A stretch of DNA of 63,257 bases, filler included. It is 14 parts of 14 records of this genome, joined end to end, with 100 filler letters (N's around TTAATTAATTAA, not from the genome) between each part and the next. Parts side by side here need not be neighbours in the genome. Positions count along the whole stretch, not along the records: positions 57,234 to 63,257 come from SRR7504441_13877; 13 more parts are not named here. One strand, 5' to 3'. Below the pieces are notes generated by a model. The model searched no databases. It was not told the origin of the DNA and was given only the letters and a program-made list of their open reading frames with translations. Positions 57,727-63,257 of the stretch are shown piece by piece (within the stretch, counting starts at the first letter, position 1; every line of letters begins with the position of its first letter). Position numbers and translations under genes: made by a program.

Positions 57727-60700
57727 ATGCTCGGCACTGTCGCAGTCGCTGCGCTCGTCGCAGTCGCCGCGGCAGCTCCTGTGGAGGATCGTTGGCGCGA
57801 GGCGTCGTCGGTCACGGATCAGTGGGAGCAGATGGCCGACGAGCAGTACGTCACGGGCGTGTTCGACGGGTGGTGCACCAATTGGAAGCAGCGTGGGGAT
57901 AAATCCTTCTTCACCGGAATCACCACGGGCCAATGCTTCAACAAGTGCCGGGCCACCCCAGGATGCTGGCAGGCTGTCGCGGAGGTGGCTGATGCCGATG
58001 GCGCCACCCAGTGCTGGCTGGGAGGCAATCGAATGACACAAAAGCCGACCGGCTGGTCACGGGCAGGCGCCAAGAATCAGTGCCTGGCGGTGGCCGAGGC
58101 GAGTATCACATGCGCCCAGTTTGACGCCACCAACGGACCGACTTGGCAGAACTTCGGGTCTTCCGGCGGATGCTACATGCCTGCCGGCGAGCTGATCCTT
58201 CCGCTGACCGGAAAGAATCAGCTGGCGACTCTGGTGCGGCTGACTGACGGGGCCACTACTGTGCCGATCGCACGCAGTTACGACGGCAACAGATGGGAGT
58301 CGCTCCATTCGGACTTGGTCTTGATGCGGCCTCGGCACGATCCTTTTGGCAACTCGGGCAAGTCCAGAGTGGCCATCCCAGACGACGGACACATATACCA
58401 GCTGCGAGGCAAGGACATGGCTGCAGACCCGCAATATCGGGTACCAAATGCGAAGGTGAAGGCGGCGCGGTTCCTGATGCAGGCAACGTTTGGGCCGACT
58501 CGCAACGAGCTCAAGAGCTTCACGAATCCGTCTGCTTGGATCAAGGCCCAGATGGCGCTGCCTGCAAGCTACGTCCGGACTCGATGGCGCAAACGCATCA
58601 ATCCACGGACATTCACAGATGGCGGGCTGCGTACAGGGGCTGAAGTCGGCCCGTGCGACGTAGGTTCATATTGGAATAAGTACGCCTTCAATAGACGTGA
58701 CCTGTTCAAGGCAATTCAGGTGACCAACCTGAGGAACAACGTCGTTGCATTGACAGTCGAAGGGGTCGTTCGAAGTGAGGTGCCAGCAGCAGATCTGGGG
58801 ACAGTCGCTGCGGGCCAGACTGTATATATTTGCGAGGTGTCAGAACGCCTCGGGGGACGAATCAGGGTGGAACCCGGCAAAGCATGCTCCGGCAATGGAG
58901 CTAACCGGGTGGAATTCAGCAACCCGATCATTACAATTAGCCGGATGGATGCCTCTCGCACACTGCGTTTGACGCAGAGTTCAGGCAGCGTGAAAGCAGT
59001 GGCTAACGATGCAGAGTCTGTGGTGCTCACTCGAATGAGTGGCAGGTGCGGGGTATCCAATATGGGAGGTGTCAGCTTCCTTGTGTTCAGCGCAAATGGG
59101 GCCACCACCACATACCGGCTCGACGCTCGGGTCAAGCTCCTCGAGAACACGCTCGAGGCACCAGGCAGGGAGAAATCGTCTGCTGGCGGTGGGACCTGTC
59201 CTCAAGTGAGGAAAACTTTCATGAATGCGAAGACATGCAAAAGGTCCACAAAGTGCTCGGCGGCTACGTTCACAAGCGCCTCGATTACGCTCAATACAGA
59301 TACACTGCACAAGTGGTATACTAGAAGCAATAAGTTTGTTTACTACACAGACGGGCTGAAGCTCGAAGGAAGGTTCCGAACCTCCCCATGCAAAAGGGGG
59401 GTGGTGTCTCGTTGGATTCCTGTGACAGGAGCCTGCAGTGAGAGCGCATTGGACAGTCGCACCAAAGCTACACTGTTGGAGGCTTTGAGGTGCGACCAGT
59501 CGTGTACAGGCATGTAGTTGATCTTGTTGTGCTTGCAGATCTGCAAATGACCCGAATCCAAACATATGGGATGTGAATGTGCGAGAGGTAAGCCAAGAAG
59601 GGGCCACCTGCAATGAGGGTGCTACAATTGGGGCTGTGGTCAAGCTGGGTGGGACGTGCTGGCAGCACGTGCATCCAAATCTGTACGATGTCTACGATCA
59701 CACCAAATGGGTTGAGGAGTTCGATCCACGGCCATCATATGCGCCAAATCCGGCCGCCAAGATAGCTATCGAGGGTGGGTCCCGACTTCATTGGGACAAT
59801 ATGGCTGATTGGGAACGGAACATCCTGAACGCGGCAAGATTCAATCAGGGCATTCAGCGGCTGGGACGTCTGGGTGACACTTTAGACTTTAAGGACCTGC
59901 CTGCCACGGCACAGACCAAGGAAATGGCAGAACTCGTTGGTGCCACCGGTTCCTCAGCAGATGAATTCTTTGAAGCATGCGGAAGTGCGGGTGAGGCAGG
60001 CAACGACCCCACGCTGGGACATCACTATAGAGTTCTTATTACGTCTAGAAATGCCGCTGAAGAGGAGTTGAGGAGGCATCACTTGGCGTGGAATGGGAAG
60101 CGGATGGCTTGGACGATGAACTCTCTGTATGCAAAGGATCAGCTGCGGCAGCGAATGGCATGGGCGCTCTCGCAGATCTTCGTCATTGCAGACGTAGATA
60201 CTGATACCAAGCTGCTTACCGAATATTGGATTCACTACTATGACATTTTCGTTCAGCACGCTTTTGGAAACTATCGTGATGTGATGCGGGAGGTTGCCTT
60301 CAATCCAGCGATGTCGGACTATCTCACATACAGGGACAATAAAGCCAATGCTGAGTATGCCTCGCGCACGCCTACTTTCCCTGATGAGAACTTTTCTCGT
60401 GAGGTAAAAACTCTGAGTGATAGGCTGTGTGCACTGACTGGGTTGGTTGTAGATCACCCAGCTGTTCAGTGTTGGATTGTACAAGCTTCACATGAATGGG
60501 ACCAAAGTGTTGACATCAGACGGCGAATTCGCACAAACATTCAACACTGATAACATCATGAGCATGGCTAGAGCATGGACAGGATTCTATTCCAGATTTG
60601 GAGAGGGATTTCGTTCAAACCTAGAGAGTTTCAAGGGCTACGTGTCTCCTAATCTCATTGATCCTCTCGAGATCAATCCTCGCGTACGCGACATCTTCCC

Positions 60701-63257
60701 CAAGCATGATCTAGAAGGAAATTTCATCGGGGATGGTTATGCCCTTTGCAATGATCTTCCAGACCGAGCCTTTCTGCGCAAAGGAGCAACGTTCAAGTTC
60801 ACAAGTACTGAACTTTCACAGAACTGGGACTCTCACATCACGTTGTCTACATCATCTCCGCTCTACAAGAAATTGTGTAGTTCACGGGGTGGTAAGTGTT
60901 CATTCCCGAGGGACGTTGTGTTGGATGGCACGCTGCAGTGCCATGGAAATGAGTGCGACGTGGACGAGGTTTCTATGGTGAAGCTGTCTGATGGCACCAA
61001 CACAGTCTACTACATGTGGAAGAGACCACCATGTGTATCATTCACATTCTATGAGGGGGGGCGCCAAGCTGTAATTAGAGACGAAGCTCCGCAGAGCGCG
61101 ATATGTGCCGATCCAAGGAGTGTGGCAGGAGGCTCGACCTGTTGCCATATATACAGCTCAGACCGTATTCAAATGACTTGCGTAGCTTCTTACCGTAAGG
61201 AGATGGTCAAGTGGCAGACTAATGTGGATCGCTGTAACGCTACTGTGCACCAATACGCAGATGTGCAGCAATGCAGCAAGATTTTAGGCGGTGTGACCAA
61301 CTTTGATGACTGCAGGTACAGTAGAGATACTCCCAAGTGGTCTAATGCAACATGCTCTGTCAAGGTTCTGGTCAACGCTCGAGGCTTTGTGAACGTTGTG
61401 CATGACACCTCTCCAACCACTGCTGCCAAACATTTCCAGCCAACCAATGAGGTCAACTTTTACGTGCCGTGGAAAGGAGGAGCTTATCCGCGGATCAACG
61501 GCAACTCTTGTGCTGGCGACTCCTGCACCTTGTACGGAGCAGATTCGTGCCTTTGTGGGGCAACAGTGAGCGAGCAGGCAGTATTCTCAGTGACAAGCAT
61601 GCCGAGCAGTAGCGCCGAGGTGCTCGATAAACTAAAGGTCAAACCGCCCGGTCCGAGCTCTAAACTCATCTACTGCTCTGGTCTCAGGTGGGTGCACCGC
61701 CCCTTGAGATGCTTGATGGAGACGAGGCTTACAAAATATGTAGAACCAACACTTGCCGTGGGATTGAGGGTGTCACGGTGCCGAGTCTTTGTGGCTCATT
61801 CTCATCCTCTGATCTCAGGTGTACACAAGGCGAGAATCAGCGGGGACTATCGACACCTCTACAATCTTCCATGTAGAATTGCACGGTGCTTCTCATTACC
61901 GCCGCAATATGGCGTCAACAGTGTCAGTCGGTGCGCACTCGTTCCGTAACCCAGTGCAGTTTATGCCACCACACCGACCTATCGACCTCCCATCTTCTGT
62001 GCAAGACGCGGAATACGAGACTGAAGCTCTGCTTGATCACCTTTTTTACCATGACAACACGGCACCCTTTGTCTCTCACTTGCTTATCCAGCGACTTGTT
62101 ACTTCGAATCCATCACCACGATATGTTGAGACCGTGGCTACTGCGTTCCGAACAGGAAAGTACGGCGGACATGGATCTCGGAGATATGGAGATCTCGGAG
62201 CGACTGTGGCCGCAATTCTATTGGATCAAGAGGCACGATCAGCGGTCTTAGATCTCGACCCTGCTTGGGGGAGAATGCACGAACCCATCCTAAAAGTACT
62301 CCACCTGTTGCGATCCATGGAAGTGAACACAAAGGGCAACGAGATGGAGTTGTTTGATATGGCCCAGTTGATTGGCCAAATGCCTTTCTCCTCTCCCAGT
62401 GTCTTTAACTTCTATCTGCCCGACTATCAGCCAGCTGGCGCTGTCAATGCTGCTGGACTCTATGCACCCGAGGCACAACTGGGTACCGCTCCATTTGTTG
62501 TAGGCTTCCTGAATGGGGTAGCCTCTCTGGTCAATAATGGGCTCTCGAATTGCAGGAACGGATTTGGAAGCCCTTGGCTTGATGACGGGTCGGTAAAATA
62601 TGGAGGAGACTACTCTTGCAGAGGTTATGATCTTGTAGGGTCCACTCATGCCTGGCTCACCTACGTGCCAGAGGCCACAAGAGCACCTGATGTGGTGGCT
62701 GAACTGGCGACACTCCTCACTGGACGCCATCTGAGCTCGCACTCCGCAAGTCTACTAACGCAGATTTATGAAGATTCAGCCAAGAAAACGCCTGACATAG
62801 ATCCCAAAAATGGAGTGGTGACGCCTGGTTGCTATTATCGCACTCCTGCTGGCTGTCACTTGAAAGATATCGTCTATGCTCCGACTTTTTTCCTCCCAGA
62901 CACGCAGTCTACGAACGTCACCTTTATGCAGAACGAGCAGGCGTGTTTGGTGGATCGCAAGCTGGAGCTGAATAATCTATGCCGACGGCAAAATGTCGAG
63001 ACCAAATTTGTTCCAGATGACGGCCTCAGAAAGGTGCCTCGTACCCCCCCCCACACACACACAAGCCATACTCTGACTATTCTTTTGTCCAGGTATTGAG
63101 GTTACTGATGGCATCACCTGAGTTCCACGCCACAAACTACCACACACCAACTGCTGATGATCGCACAGCAATACCAGCTGAGGCTGGGAGGGGTCGCAAG
63201 AGGAAGGCGGTGGTAGTGCTTTTTATGAATGGCGGAGCTGATTCTTTCAACCTTCTT
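57727..63257 (+). CDS. Large secreted DUF1800-DUF1501 fusion protein with N-terminal PAN/apple-like Cys domain; spliced, 3'-truncated
   Basis: AARFLMQATFGPT, DQLRQRMAWALSQIFV, AFGNYRDVM.EV...P.M..YL, PDENFSRE, APFVS..LIQRLVTSNPSP.YV, EP.LK, PSVFNFY.P and LMASPEF (DUF1800). Then in frame KAVVVLFMNGGADSFNLL (DUF1501 start) after intron about 63033-63091. Confidence 0.9.

Noticed and set aside
1-63257. CRISPR arrays, rRNA, tRNA, transposases or integrases
   Set aside because: None recognised by eye; a covariance-model search would be needed to exclude small RNAs.

Overview
This is not one locus. It is 14 short eukaryotic contigs (about 3-6.5 kb each) joined by 13 artificial 100-nt linkers (N44-TTAATTAATTAA-N44, stop codons in all six frames), so gene neighbourhood is meaningful only within a contig. 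The DNA looks like a compact, GC-rich protist genome (lineage not determinable here). It has very short spliceosomal introns (mostly 35-45 nt, many GC-AG, no polypyrimidine tract), head-to-head gene pairs only about 80-200 bp apart, and AT-richer, palindrome-dense 3' intergenic regions sharing the 10-mer GTACGAGTAC. Recognisable genes: GH54 arabinofuranosidase, EEP/inositol-5-phosphatase-like protein, PHD-finger C5 DNA methyltransferase, AT-less type I PKS end (ACP-KS-ACP-TE-SRPBCC), SCOT/OXCT (14 introns), calpain, TMEM68-like acyltransferase, RhoGAP-EF-hand, GH67 with a ricin-type insert, tyrosinase, MYND-2OG oxygenase, Sec23/24, Tim10, GH59, DH-PH RhoGEF, LRR protein, NIPA transporter, RING-H2 protein, a multi-PAS protein ending in a Nup98-type autoproteolytic (S59) domain, and a secreted DUF1800-DUF1501 fusion. 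The best candidates for new biology are the PAS-Nup98 APD fusion, the recurrent downstream GTACGAGTAC element and the mini-intron splicing grammar. All domain calls come from motif recognition by eye, not database searches.
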